DNA of 64,000 nt from contig DASYSE010000121.1 in assembly GCA_036003705.1 (NCBI GenBank), positions 530 to 64,529 of the forward strand, written 5' to 3'. Below, piece after piece: positions 53,395 through 63,093 of the stretch. Within the stretch, counting starts at the first letter, position 1. Every line of letters begins with the position of its first letter. Both the position numbers and the translations under genes were made by a program. The notes beneath the pieces were generated by a model that was not told where the DNA came from, made no database searches, and worked only from the letters and a program-made list of their open reading frames with translations. Origin of the DNA: Actinomycetes bacterium (GTDB lineage: Bacteria > Actinomycetota > CALGFH01).

Positions 53395-54503
53395 ACCAGG
53401 ACATCATCGACAAGTGCCTCTCCGCGATGGAGGCCGAGGACCTGGACGGGCTGATCGCGATGTCGCCGGAGAACTTCGCGTACGTGGCCGGCTTCATCGT
53501 CCCCTCGCAGCCCGTCCTCCGGTGGCGGCATGCGGCCGTCGTCATCACCGTCGATGGCCGGACGGCCCTCTACACGGTGGACATGGAGGCCTCCACCGTC
53601 CGGTCGCTGGAACCGCGGGCAGACGTGCGCGTCTGGGAGGAGTTCGCACAGGACGCCATGCCCGTGCTCGCCGAGCTGCTCGCCGACCTGGGACTCCGGT
53701 CGGGACGGGTTGGGATCGAGACCGACTACCTGCCGGCCCGCGACATGGAACGGCTGGAGCGGATGCTCCCGGAGGTGCGCTGGCAGCCCGCCCAGGCGAC
53801 CTTCAACCGGCTCCGGCTGGTCAAGACGCCGCGGGAGCTCGAGCTGATGCGGCGCCTCGCCCGGATCACCGACCGGTCCATCAACCAGGCCTTCGAGAGC
53901 GTCCACCCCGGCGACACGGAGATGGACCTGGCCGGCGCGGTGACCACCAACCTGTTCCGCCTGGGGGCGGACGACTTCAAGTGGCTCATCCTGGCCAGCG
54001 GCGAGCGCAGCCAGTATCCCAACGTCGGGCCGACCACCCGGGAGCTCAGTCGGGGAGACATCGTCCGGCTCGAGGTGTTCGGGATGCTGGATGGCTACCA
54101 CACGGGTGTCTGCCGGACGGCCGTGGTGCAGGAGGCCCCGGGCGACGCGGTGGACATCTGGTCGAACATCGTCGCCTGTCGTGACCTCATCTTCGGTTCG
54201 ATCCGTGACGGCGCCAGCGGCGCGGAGACCTATGGCAGGGTTGCCGATCGGTTCCAGGCGCTGGGGTGGGAGCCGATGAGCTTCGTGGGACACGGGATCG
54301 GCCTCTTCGTCCACGAGGAGCCCTACATCGGCAGGTACGGGGACGCCCGCATCGACGCCGGCATGGTCCTCGGCACCGAGCCGGTGTTGCTGGTCCCGGG
54401 GGCCTATGGATTCCAGGTGAAGGACGTCGTGGCGGTGACGCAGGATGGTTGCGAGGTCCTGTCCGACGTGACGAGCACCGATGAGCTGTTCGTGATCGAC
54501 TGA
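53391..54503 (+). CDS. M24-family metallohydrolase (Xaa-Pro dipeptidase/creatinase-like), second copy in window
   Basis: ATGA overlap. Motifs KTPRELELMRRLARI, ..GDIVRLEVFGMLDGYH.., GHGIGLFVHEEP. Confidence 0.85.
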   Translation: MNQDIIDKCLSAMEAEDLDGLIAMSPENFAYVAGFIVPSQPVLRWRHAAVVITVDGRTALYTVDMEASTVRSLEPRADVRVWEEFAQDAMPVLAELLADLGLRSGRVGIETDYLPARDMERLERMLPEVRWQPAQATFNRLRLVKTPRELELMRRLARITDRSINQAFESVHPGDTEMDLAGAVTTNLFRLGADDFKWLILASGERSQYPNVGPTTRELSRGDIVRLEVFGMLDGYHTGVCRTAVVQEAPGDAVDIWSNIVACRDLIFGSIRDGASGAETYGRVADRFQALGWEPMSFVGHGIGLFVHEEPYIGRYGDARIDAGMVLGTEPVLLVPGAYGFQVKDVVAVTQDGCEVLSDVTSTDELFVID

Positions 54504-54533
54504 GCGACGGCTGACGAGAGGAGACGAGGGCGA

Positions 54534-55343
54534 ATGGATCTGGGACTGGCCGGTTCGAAGGCGATCATCACCGGCGGCAGCAAGGGCATCGGTCGCGAGA
54601 CGGCTCGAATCCTGGCCGAGGAGGGCTGCGACGTCGCCATCACCGCCCGTGACGGCGACCGCCTGGAGCTGGTGGCCAAGGAGATCAGCCAGGCCACCGG
54701 CCGGACCGTCGTACCCCTCCAAGGGGACATGAGCGCCCAGGCCGACGTCGAACGAACCATGAACGCGGCGATCGACGCCCTGGGCCATGTCGACGTCCTG
54801 GTCACATGTGCCGGGAGCAGTCCCGGAGGACTGCTCGAGGATCTGACCGAAGCGGACTGGATGAGCAGCGTCGGGCTGAAGTTCATGGGCTATGTCCGGT
54901 GCTGCAGCGTGATCCTGCCGCACATGCGGGAGCGTCGGTCGGGCAGCGTCGTGCTGGTCGTGGGGAACGACGGGCTCAAGTCCTCGTACTGGGAGCTCAC
55001 CGCGGGGATCGCCAATGCCGCCGACATCAACTTCGTGAGCGCGGTGGCCGAGCAGTACGGTCGGCACGGGGTGCGGATCAACACGGTCAACCCCGGGCCG
55101 GTGAACACCGATCGCTGGGACGGGCTGGAGAAGCGGTTCGCCCTCGACCGGAAGCTCCCGCAGGCGGAAGCTCGCCGGATCGTGCTCGGCACCTTGCCGC
55201 TGGGGCGGATCTGCGAGCCGGAGGAGGTGGCGAGCGTGGTCGCGTTCCTTGCCTCACCGCGCGCGAGCTACGTGTCCGGCAGCCACGTGCTGACCGACGG
55301 CGCCCAGCTGAAGGGGCTGCTGGACGCGGGACTGCATGGCTGA
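54534..55343 (+). CDS. short-chain dehydrogenase/reductase
   Basis: Track ORF of 269 aa. Motifs ITGGSKGIG, ..RINTVNPGPVNT... Confidence 0.9.
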   Translation: MDLGLAGSKAIITGGSKGIGRETARILAEEGCDVAITARDGDRLELVAKEISQATGRTVVPLQGDMSAQADVERTMNAAIDALGHVDVLVTCAGSSPGGLLEDLTEADWMSSVGLKFMGYVRCCSVILPHMRERRSGSVVLVVGNDGLKSSYWELTAGIANAADINFVSAVAEQYGRHGVRINTVNPGPVNTDRWDGLEKRFALDRKLPQAEARRIVLGTLPLGRICEPEEVASVVAFLASPRASYVSGSHVLTDGAQLKGLLDAGLHG

Positions 55344-56403
55344 GCCCGGAGGGCATACGAGCCATCGACGCTCCACGGAGGCAGGGCCGTTGACCGGACT
55401 CATCGATGTGCATTCGCACCACTACCCGGACGCCTACCTGGAGGCCTGCCGGCGACCGGAGAGCGGGTTCACCCACTACGACCGGGACGATGGCCGGTTG
55501 ATCGTCCTCCAGGACGGCGCGGTCGGGCTGGCCGTGCCGCAGCCGCTGCCACCCCTCGAGCATCGCATCGGGATGATGGATGACGCGGGGGTCGAGGTGC
55601 AGGTCCTCTCGGTCTCGGCGCCCAACGTCTTCCGGTTCCCCGAATCGCTGCGCATCCCGCTCACGCGCGACCTGAACGACGAGCTCTCCGACTTGGCGGG
55701 TGGCGCGGGGGGACGACTGCGGGTGTTCGCCAGCCTCCCGCTTCCGGCGGTGGATGCCGCCCTGGAGGAGCTGGAGCGCGCGCTGGCGCTACCGCAGGTG
55801 GCCGGCATCGTGATCTGTTCCAACATCGACCGCATCAACCTCGACCACGAGCGGTTCTCCCCGGTGTGGGAGGAGCTGTCGCGCCGCGGGACCACGGTGT
55901 TCTGCCATCCCACCGTGGCGTGCTGCACGGACGGCCTGCGCGAGTACGCCATGTCCCTGGCCATGGGCTTCATGGCCGACACCATGTTCGCGGTGGGCCG
56001 GCTCGCGTATGCAGGGACGTTCGACCGCTTCCCGGGGATCCGGTGGATCTTCACCCATCTCGGCGGGACCATCCCCTTCGTCCTGCCCAGGTACGACAAC
56101 TACTTCCGTCAGTTCCCGGAGTGCCGGGCGAAGATCACCCGCCCGCCGTCGGAGATCATGGGGGAGCTGTACTACGACACCGTGACCATGCACGCGCCGG
56201 CCCTCCGCTGTGCCGTGGACACGCTCGGGACCGAGCGCCTGGTCTTCGGGTCGGACTATCCGCACGTGCCCGGTGGGATCGACCGGTTCGTGACCGTCCT
56301 CAACTCCGTCGGCCTGTCCGAAGGCGAGCTGGCGATGATCGGCCGCCGCACGGCGGCGGGACTGATCGGCCTGGAGGAATCGCAGCCCGTGAAAGGCGGC
56401 TGA
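55336..56403 (+). CDS. amidohydrolase_2 (ACMSD-like decarboxylase/hydrolase) family protein
   Basis: Motifs LIDVHSHHYP, ..FCHP.., ..VFGSDYPHV... Start is ATG 55336 (8-nt overlap) or TTG 55390. Confidence 0.8.
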   Translation: MAEPGGHTSHRRSTEAGPLTGLIDVHSHHYPDAYLEACRRPESGFTHYDRDDGRLIVLQDGAVGLAVPQPLPPLEHRIGMMDDAGVEVQVLSVSAPNVFRFPESLRIPLTRDLNDELSDLAGGAGGRLRVFASLPLPAVDAALEELERALALPQVAGIVICSNIDRINLDHERFSPVWEELSRRGTTVFCHPTVACCTDGLREYAMSLAMGFMADTMFAVGRLAYAGTFDRFPGIRWIFTHLGGTIPFVLPRYDNYFRQFPECRAKITRPPSEIMGELYYDTVTMHAPALRCAVDTLGTERLVFGSDYPHVPGGIDRFVTVLNSVGLSEGELAMIGRRTAAGLIGLEESQPVKGG

Positions 56404-56406
56404 GTC

Positions 56407-57792
56407 GTGAAGACCATCGTCCGAGGCGGGCGCATCGTCACCTCGTCGCTCACCTTCGAGGCGGACATCCTGATCGAGGGCGAGACGATCGCTGCCCTTG
56501 GGTCGTTGCCCGAGGTCCAGGCCGACCGGATCGTCGATGCCACCGGCCGGCTCGTCCTTCCGGGCGGCGTCGACCCGCACACGCACCTCGACGCCCCCCT
56601 GAAGGGGACGATCACCGCCGACGACTTCTACTCGGGGACGGTCGCCGCCGCGATCGGTGGGACCACGACCATCATTGACTTTCCCGTGCAGGAGAAGGGG
56701 CAGGATCCTCGCAGCTCCCACCAGGAATGGTATGGACGCGCCGAGGAGAAGGCGGTGGTGGACTGGGGACTGCACCAGGTCATCACGGACCTCCCGGACG
56801 CCTTCTTCCCGGCCCTCGACGAGCTGATCCGCGAGGGCTCACCGAGCTTCAAGATGTTCATGGCCTACCCGGGCGCCCGCATGGTGGACGACGGCGTGAT
56901 CTTCAAGGCCATGCGGCACACCGCCGAGAACGGTGGCTTCGTGCTGATGCACTGCGAGAACGGCCTGGTGATCGACCTCCTGGAGAAGGAGGCGATCGCC
57001 GCCGGGAGGGTCGATCCCGTGTACAACTCGGTGACCAGACCCCCGGTCACCGAGTCGGAGGCCACGGCTCGGGCGATCGCGCTGGCCGAGCTGGCGGGGG
57101 TACCGGTGTACGTGGTCCACCTGTCCGCGGCTCCCGCCCTCGAGGCGGTGGCTGCGGCCCGCGACCGGGGCCTGCCCGTGTACGCGGAGACCTGCCCGCA
57201 CTATCTCCTCCTCACCGACGAGAAGCTGTCCGAGCCGGACTTCGGCGGGTCCAAGTACGTGATGTGTCCGCCGCTGCGCACACCGGCGCACCAGGAACGG
57301 TTGTGGAAGGGGCTGCTGACCGACGAGCTCCAGGTGGTGTCGACGGACCACACCCCCTTCCGGTTCGAGGGACAGAAGCAGATGGGCCGGGGCAACTTCC
57401 CCAAGATCCCGAACGGCGTCCCGGGGATCGAGTGGCGAACCGCCCTGATGTACCACTTCGGCGTCCGGGCGGGACGGATCGACCTCAACCGGTTCGTGGA
57501 GCTGATCGCGACCAACCCGGCGAAGCTCTTCGGATGCTATCCACGCAAGGGCGAGATCGCCCCCGGCTCGGACGCCGACCTCGTGGTCTTCGATCCGGAG
57601 CAGGAGGTCACCCTCAGCGCCAGGACCCAGGCCACGATGAGCGACTACAACCCCTACGAGGGATGGGCCATCCGGGGGGCGGTGGAGACCGTCCTGCTGC
57701 GCGGGTCGATCATCGTCGAGTCGGGGAGATTCGTGGGTTCCAGAGGCCAGGGCCGGTTCCTGCGGAGAGGGGCGTCCTCCGCGCTGGCCTGA
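56407..57792 (+). CDS. dihydropyrimidinase / D-hydantoinase-type cyclic amidohydrolase
   Basis: GTG start. Motifs PGGVDPHTHL, ..SFKMFMAY.., ..VMHCENG.., ..VVHLS.., ..VSTDHTPF... Confidence 0.85.
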   Translation: MKTIVRGGRIVTSSLTFEADILIEGETIAALGSLPEVQADRIVDATGRLVLPGGVDPHTHLDAPLKGTITADDFYSGTVAAAIGGTTTIIDFPVQEKGQDPRSSHQEWYGRAEEKAVVDWGLHQVITDLPDAFFPALDELIREGSPSFKMFMAYPGARMVDDGVIFKAMRHTAENGGFVLMHCENGLVIDLLEKEAIAAGRVDPVYNSVTRPPVTESEATARAIALAELAGVPVYVVHLSAAPALEAVAAARDRGLPVYAETCPHYLLLTDEKLSEPDFGGSKYVMCPPLRTPAHQERLWKGLLTDELQVVSTDHTPFRFEGQKQMGRGNFPKIPNGVPGIEWRTALMYHFGVRAGRIDLNRFVELIATNPAKLFGCYPRKGEIAPGSDADLVVFDPEQEVTLSARTQATMSDYNPYEGWAIRGAVETVLLRGSIIVESGRFVGSRGQGRFLRRGASSALA

Positions 57793-57840
57793 CCCGGCGC
57801 GCCGGCCTCCGACCAGCGCCGTCGAGATGGGAGCACCGCA

Positions 57841-59313
57841 GTGAGGGAGAGACCGGCGGCCCCAGCCGCCGCCAAGGGGGGTCGCACCTTTCTCGAGGGG
57901 CTCGATTTCGTTCTCACCGTCGACCCCGAGGACCGGGTCATCCGCCACGCCACGCTGGTCATCGAAGGGCAGCGGCTCGTCGCGGTGGGACCGGCGGAGG
58001 ACGTGGCGCGTTCCCACCGCCCCTCGCCCGGCGACGTGGTGGTCGACGGCGCGACCCTCGGCGCCACCCCCGGGTTCGTCGACACGCATGTTCACCTGTC
58101 GGAGACCCTGACCAGGGCCAGCTTCCCGGACCGTCTCGGCACCCGCGCCTGGGTCTTCCACTGGATCATGCCCTTCTACGGACAGCTCACCGAGGGGGAC
58201 GAGCGTGTCGCGGTGACCCTGGGGGCGGTGGAGATGCTGCGGTCGGGCACCACCTGCTTCCTCGACATGGGCGCCCTGACGGACCCGCGGACGACGGTCC
58301 CGGAGCTCGCCCGGACCGGCATCCGTGGGGTGACCGGGCGTCATGCCGCGGACGTCCGGCCAGCGGCATCCCCGAAGGGCTGGTCCGAGGCGATGATGGA
58401 CCGCCACTTCTTCCCCGACGCCGGGACCGCCCTGGAGGAGCTGGAGGCCTGCGTCCGGGAGCTGGACGGCACAGCGAGCGGCCGCATCAGGTGCTGGGTC
58501 AACATCCAGGGAAAGGAGCCGTGCAGCGCCGAGCTCCACGTCGGCGCCCGGGAGCTGGCGGAGCGGTTCGGGGTCGGCACCACCTATCACATCGCCTCGA
58601 CGCTGGAGGAGGCACGGTCGGTCGAGCGCCGCCACGGGCGGACCCCCATCGCCCGCATCGCCGCGCTCGGTGGGCTCGGGCCCAACCTCGTGCTCGCCCA
58701 CGCGGTCGCGACCAGCGACGAGGAGATCGCGATCCTCGCCGAGCACGACACGAAGGTGGCGTTCTGTCCCGGGACGTCGCTCAAGCTGGCCAAGGGAGCC
58801 ACCCGGATCGGGAAGTACCCGGAGATGCTGCGGGCGGGCGTGACCGTCGGCCTGGGGACCGACGGGGTGTCGGCCTCCGGCAGCCTCGACCTGAAGCGGC
58901 AGATGTATCTGGTTGCGGGGCTGTTCAAGGACGCACGGATGGACCCTGAAGCCGTCGGCGCGGCGCGGGCGCTCCGGATGGCCACCATCGACGGAGCCCG
59001 GGCCCTCGGGATGGAGGGCGAGATCGGCTCACTGGAGCCGGGCAAGAAGGCCGACTTCGTCCTCTTCGACCTCGACCACATCGAATGGGTTCCCTACCGA
59101 GACCCACTCCAGGCGCTGGTGTGGTCGGCGAGCTCGGCCAGCATCCGGCAGACGTGGGTGGATGGGCGTCCGGTCCTGGTCGACGGCACCCTCACCACGG
59201 TGCCGGACGAGCCGGATCTGCGAATGGAGGCCCGCGCTCGGGCCGACCGGCTGATCCGGGCGGCAGGTCTGGACGCTCCCGACGTCCCGCTCACCACGTC
59301 GCTCTACCAGTAG
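57841..59313 (+). CDS. amidohydrolase-family deaminase/chlorohydrolase-like enzyme
   Basis: Track ORF of 490 aa. Motifs PGFVDTHVHLSET, ..YHIAST.., ..LAHAV.., ..GLGTDG... Confidence 0.8.
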   Translation: MRERPAAPAAAKGGRTFLEGLDFVLTVDPEDRVIRHATLVIEGQRLVAVGPAEDVARSHRPSPGDVVVDGATLGATPGFVDTHVHLSETLTRASFPDRLGTRAWVFHWIMPFYGQLTEGDERVAVTLGAVEMLRSGTTCFLDMGALTDPRTTVPELARTGIRGVTGRHAADVRPAASPKGWSEAMMDRHFFPDAGTALEELEACVRELDGTASGRIRCWVNIQGKEPCSAELHVGARELAERFGVGTTYHIASTLEEARSVERRHGRTPIARIAALGGLGPNLVLAHAVATSDEEIAILAEHDTKVAFCPGTSLKLAKGATRIGKYPEMLRAGVTVGLGTDGVSASGSLDLKRQMYLVAGLFKDARMDPEAVGAARALRMATIDGARALGMEGEIGSLEPGKKADFVLFDLDHIEWVPYRDPLQALVWSASSASIRQTWVDGRPVLVDGTLTTVPDEPDLRMEARARADRLIRAAGLDAPDVPLTTSLYQ

Positions 59314-59337
59314 CGGACTGGGGGGCGGCCCGGCCGG

Positions 59338-60183
59338 TCAGGACGAGGATCTGCTGGAGGAGCGTCGCTGGAGCAGGCCGAGGATGATCTCGTTGGTCGC
59401 GGCGATGTGGTCCATCATGGCATGCCGGGCCGCGGCGCCGTCCCTGCGGGCGATCGCGTCCACGATCTTCCCGTGCTGCCCGGTCGATCGCGCCACCGGA
59501 TCCCCGTTGTCGCGGGCGAACGGCAGGTAGGCCAGGATGTCGTGCAGGCGCATCTGCTCCTCGAGCACGAGGTCCAGGACGCGGTTGGAGTTGGCCGCGT
59601 GCGTGATCGCGATGTGGAGGGTGGAGTCGGCCTGGCGCAGATCGGGCACGGTGGCCGATTGAGAACGCTCCAGGAGCCAGCGCAGCACCTCGATCTGCTC
59701 GTCGGTCGCCCGGCTCGCCGCCAGCTCGGCGGCTGCCGGCTCAACCGACGTGCGCAGGTCGAGCAGGTCCTGGAGGGTGCCGCCCATCTCACGGATGCTG
59801 CGCGTGATCTCCGCGCGGCTGAGCTGGCGGATCTGGCGCGACGCGACGAACGTCCCCCCTAACCGGCCCCGGCTCGTCTTCAGGTAGCCCTGCTGCTGCA
59901 GTGCCCGGACCGCCTCTCGGAGGGTGGTCCGGCTCACCCCGAGCCGCTCCACGAGCTCACGCTCGGGGGGCAGCCGGGCACCGACCGACAGCGCACCCAG
60001 CTTGATGGCCTGGGCCAGTCGCTGGACCGCGACCTCATAGGCGCTGTGCCAGTGAGCATGCCGGAGGAAAACGTCGTCCAGCACCGCCGAGACTCCGGGG
60101 GGCATGGCGTCATGAACCGATGTGCCGCCGGCGTCACGAACCACCATGTCTCCGTCCTCACCTGTGCAGGCCGCGGCGCTCAT
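59338..60183 (-). CDS. GntR-family regulator, FadR/FCD subfamily
   Basis: wHTH LPPERELVERLGVSRTTLREAVRALQQQGYL and an all-helical FCD-like C-terminus. Start uncertain. Confidence 0.85.
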   Translation of the reverse strand: MSAAACTGEDGDMVVRDAGGTSVHDAMPPGVSAVLDDVFLRHAHWHSAYEVAVQRLAQAIKLGALSVGARLPPERELVERLGVSRTTLREAVRALQQQGYLKTSRGRLGGTFVASRQIRQLSRAEITRSIREMGGTLQDLLDLRTSVEPAAAELAASRATDEQIEVLRWLLERSQSATVPDLRQADSTLHIAITHAANSNRVLDLVLEEQMRLHDILAYLPFARDNGDPVARSTGQHGKIVDAIARRDGAAARHAMMDHIAATNEIILGLLQRRSSSRSSS

Positions 60184-60230
60184 GCGAGCCCAACGGCAGT
60201 ATAGTCATTCCTCCTTCCATTACTCATCAC

Positions 60231-61466
60231 CTACTCATCACTCGCACCCCGGACAGCATGCAGCCTGTCGGACATCCAGTCGCACATCAGGGGGACGAGC
60301 GTTGCGTTGTAGTTCGTGCACGTGTGGAACCCGTCCTCGAAGTTGACGAATTCCGCCAGCGAACCCCCGGCCATCCGCCGTCCCTCCTCGAGGCTCACCA
60401 GCTCGTCCCGCGCGCCGTGGATCACCATGTACGGGACGCGGATCAGCTCGACGGCCCCGGCCAGGCTGCATCGCTCCTCAAGGTAGACGCGGGCCTCCGA
60501 GAGGGAGTCCACCATCAGGTCCTCCATCACGTTCAGCTGGGTGGAGACCGGCCAGTACCGGTAGTCCCGGAAGTCGTAGAACCCCCCCGAAGAGATGGCC
60601 ACGCGGATCCGCGGCTCGAACGCGGCCGCCCGCAGCGCCAGGAATCCCCCCATGCTGCTACCCCAGATGCCGACGCGGTCCGCGTCGACCATCCCGGAAG
60701 CCGCCAGGGCATCGATGGCGGCGCCGATCGGCTCCTCCCAGGCATCGGGGCGCATCGGGAGGACGCCGACCATCTCGCCCTGACCGGGACCGTCCATGGT
60801 CAGGACGGCGAGACCCCGGCGCACGAACTGCCGAGCCCAGTTGTGATACTCCTCCTTCACGGAATCCGCCCCGTTGACCATGATCACGCACGGAGGATCC
60901 CCTTCGGCGGCACCCGCGGCGTCCGGAACATGCAGGTAGCCCGGCAGTCGGGCGCCGTTGAACGGGATGTGCACGGGCTCGATCCGCGCGTCGAGGTGCT
61001 CGATCGCCCGCCGGTAGCATCGGACACGCCCCGCCCGGCCCTCGATCTTCTGCTCGCTCCCCATCCGGGCGAGATACTGGCCCCAGTGGTGGCACATGGA
61101 GGCGCGGTGAAACATGTCCCCCGCGGAGACGACGCGGCCCTCGGCCAGGAAGCGTTCGGCCATCTCCTCCGCCTGGACGGCCTCTGCGTGCCAGGCGTCA
61201 TACCAGGCCCGCAGGTCGACGACCCGGCTGAGGATGCGCTGGAGGTCGCTGAAGTCCAGGGGGCCGGTCACCTCCATCCGGGCCAGCCGGACGACCACGT
61301 ATCGCGACCCGAGGTGTTCCGCGCCATGCAGGCGGATCCAGGTCGAGAGCGTCTGGTAGTAACGCTCCACCTCCTGCCGGTCGGATTCGATCAACGCCCC
61401 ACCCCCAAATCCGGTTGATGGCGCCCTGGGACCGGCCCCGGGTCCCGGCGGGCTATCGGAGGACAT
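60231..61466 (-). CDS. alpha/beta-fold hydrolase (dienelactone / C-C hydrolase-like)
   Basis: Track ORF of 411 aa. Nucleophile elbow IWGSSMGG; ..VIHGARDELV... Start uncertain (ATG 61466 overlaps the upstream gene by 14 nt). Confidence 0.75.
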   Translation of the reverse strand: MSSDSPPGPGAGPRAPSTGFGGGALIESDRQEVERYYQTLSTWIRLHGAEHLGSRYVVVRLARMEVTGPLDFSDLQRILSRVVDLRAWYDAWHAEAVQAEEMAERFLAEGRVVSAGDMFHRASMCHHWGQYLARMGSEQKIEGRAGRVRCYRRAIEHLDARIEPVHIPFNGARLPGYLHVPDAAGAAEGDPPCVIMVNGADSVKEEYHNWARQFVRRGLAVLTMDGPGQGEMVGVLPMRPDAWEEPIGAAIDALAASGMVDADRVGIWGSSMGGFLALRAAAFEPRIRVAISSGGFYDFRDYRYWPVSTQLNVMEDLMVDSLSEARVYLEERCSLAGAVELIRVPYMVIHGARDELVSLEEGRRMAGGSLAEFVNFEDGFHTCTNYNATLVPLMCDWMSDRLHAVRGASDE

Positions 61467-62559
61467 CCAGAGGAAGCATCGCGCTCACGACGAAATTTGG
61501 CGCGTCGACAAGCTCGCTGATCCTCAGGTCGACCGCGACGCTGCAGAGCGCGTAGGCCTGCTGACGCGTGAACCCGTAGTCCGCGCCGAGGAGCTGGATC
61601 ATGTTGCGCAGGGCGTTGCGGGCGGCCAGGTTGAGGTCCTCCGCCCGCCCTCCGGAGTCCGCGTACACCGAGAGCCCCGTGGTGGCGATGTAGGGGCCGT
61701 CGGGCCGATTCCCGCCAGCCCGGTTCCCCGAGAACCTCACGTCGCGCATCGCCTGAGCGGCCGCGGCGCCCTTGATGAGGTCGAACCTGACGTGGAGGGT
61801 CGCCGCGGTCTCGATGGCGGTGCCGCAGGCCTCTCCGTCCCCCTGGGCGAAATGACCATCGCCCGCTGAGAACAGAGCCCCGTCGGTCCACACCGGGAAG
61901 AGGACCCGCGACCCCGCGACCAGCTGCTTCACGTCGAGGTTCCCGCCGTTCTCCCGGGGCGGCTTGGTGCGCAGCCCCTCATGTGCGATCCGGTCGTCCT
62001 CGGGGACCGCCCCCCGGGGCTCGGGGAGTGCCACCTCCTCGCCGCCGTCCGCCAGCGCGCGCTCGCGGGCGGTGATCCGAGCAAGCAGCTCCCGGGAGGG
62101 GGCGACGCCCATCGTGCCCATGAACGGCGCGGCCGGGATGCGGACCCCCGGCAGATCGGGGGAGGCGGCCCAGCCATCGCCGATCTCCCATCGCACCAGG
62201 AACGGGGCCGGGAACTCGTCGCGGAGGAATCCGAAGCCTGGGATCTGGGCCGTGTAGCCGAAGCTGGACGGCCTGACATCCAGGATGTCGACGGCGAGCA
62301 GATCGCCCGGCTCCGCGCCCTCGATCAGGATCGGCCCGGTCAGCGGACAGACGACGCTGCGATCGGCTCGGGGGACGTCCTCGTGGCTCGAGGCCATCGT
62401 AAACTGACCGTCCACGGCGTCCCTGGTGGTCATGACGACGTCGTCCCCCGGACGGCACACCAGCCCGGGTGAGATGTCGGGATGCCATCGGTTATGGCAC
62501 CGGCTCGGCTCCTCGCGAATGGGGATCGAGAGATCCACGCGAAGCTCATGACTGGCCAT
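61453..62559 (-). CDS. acetamidase/formamidase family amidohydrolase
   Basis: ATG 62559 (MASHELRVDLS..). Motifs CPLTGPILIEGAEPGDLLAVDI, GGNLDVKQL, FSAGDGHFAQGDGE. Confidence 0.85.
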   Translation of the reverse strand: MASHELRVDLSIPIREEPSRCHNRWHPDISPGLVCRPGDDVVMTTRDAVDGQFTMASSHEDVPRADRSVVCPLTGPILIEGAEPGDLLAVDILDVRPSSFGYTAQIPGFGFLRDEFPAPFLVRWEIGDGWAASPDLPGVRIPAAPFMGTMGVAPSRELLARITARERALADGGEEVALPEPRGAVPEDDRIAHEGLRTKPPRENGGNLDVKQLVAGSRVLFPVWTDGALFSAGDGHFAQGDGEACGTAIETAATLHVRFDLIKGAAAAQAMRDVRFSGNRAGGNRPDGPYIATTGLSVYADSGGRAEDLNLAARNALRNMIQLLGADYGFTRQQAYALCSVAVDLRISELVDAPNFVVSAMLPLDVLR

Positions 62560-62869
62560 GGGCACCTGGCAACGATCGTGGAGGCCGCGCCGAGACGGCG
62601 AACAGAGGGTTCGCACGGCGGCCGCTTCCGGGTGCGTGGACCGTGGCGGCGTCAGCCAGACGCAGACGACCGCGGCATCTCATCAGGACGACACCAGAGG
62701 CCCTACCGGCTCCCCTGGGTGGGCGGCGCGCACGCCGGGTACCCGGCGTCACGGCGGTCGCTCCGTGCCCTGGAGTTGGAGCCCACCGTCGTCGGTTCGT
62801 GGCCGGCCGTCTGCTCACCGCTGGGAGTATAGCCAGGGGCTACCTCGGGGGGTCCATCTCCGGGTGCGG

Positions 62870-63057
62870 CTCGAGCAGGTCCGCCTGTGCTGCCTGGTGA
62901 TCGTCGGCGTGCGCGTCGAGGGGACAACAGCTGGGTCACCGTGGCCGACGGGGAGCGGGAGTCCACCGAGTCGTGGGCGGAGCTGCTGCGGGACCTGCGG
63001 CGGCGGGGCATGCGCGCGCCGGTGGTGATGGTGGGCGACAAGGCGCCTGGGCTGTTA
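62870..63057 (+). mobile_element. relic of an IS256-family (mutator-type) transposase, truncated at both ends and frameshifted
   Basis: Two frames read ..LCCLVIVGVRVEG | DNSWVTVADGERESTESWAELLRDLRRRGMRAPVVMVGDKAPGLL. This matches the central Tnp segment (..DG.RE...W..FL..L..RG...V.LV.SD...GL). Only about 60 of roughly 400 expected codons remain. Confidence 0.5.
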
Positions 63058-63093
63058 CGGTGGGCTCCAGCTCCAAGGGCGGGGACGATCGCC

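Noticed and set aside
60184-60230. A strong GGAAGGAGGA box and tiny ORFs (ATG 60220 / 60208, ending inside the GntR gene) suggested a leader peptide.
   Set aside because: The SD is 0-1 nt from ATG 60208 and 26 nt from the GntR ATG. The mini-ORF has atypical codons and nothing supports it. It is recorded only as an oddity.
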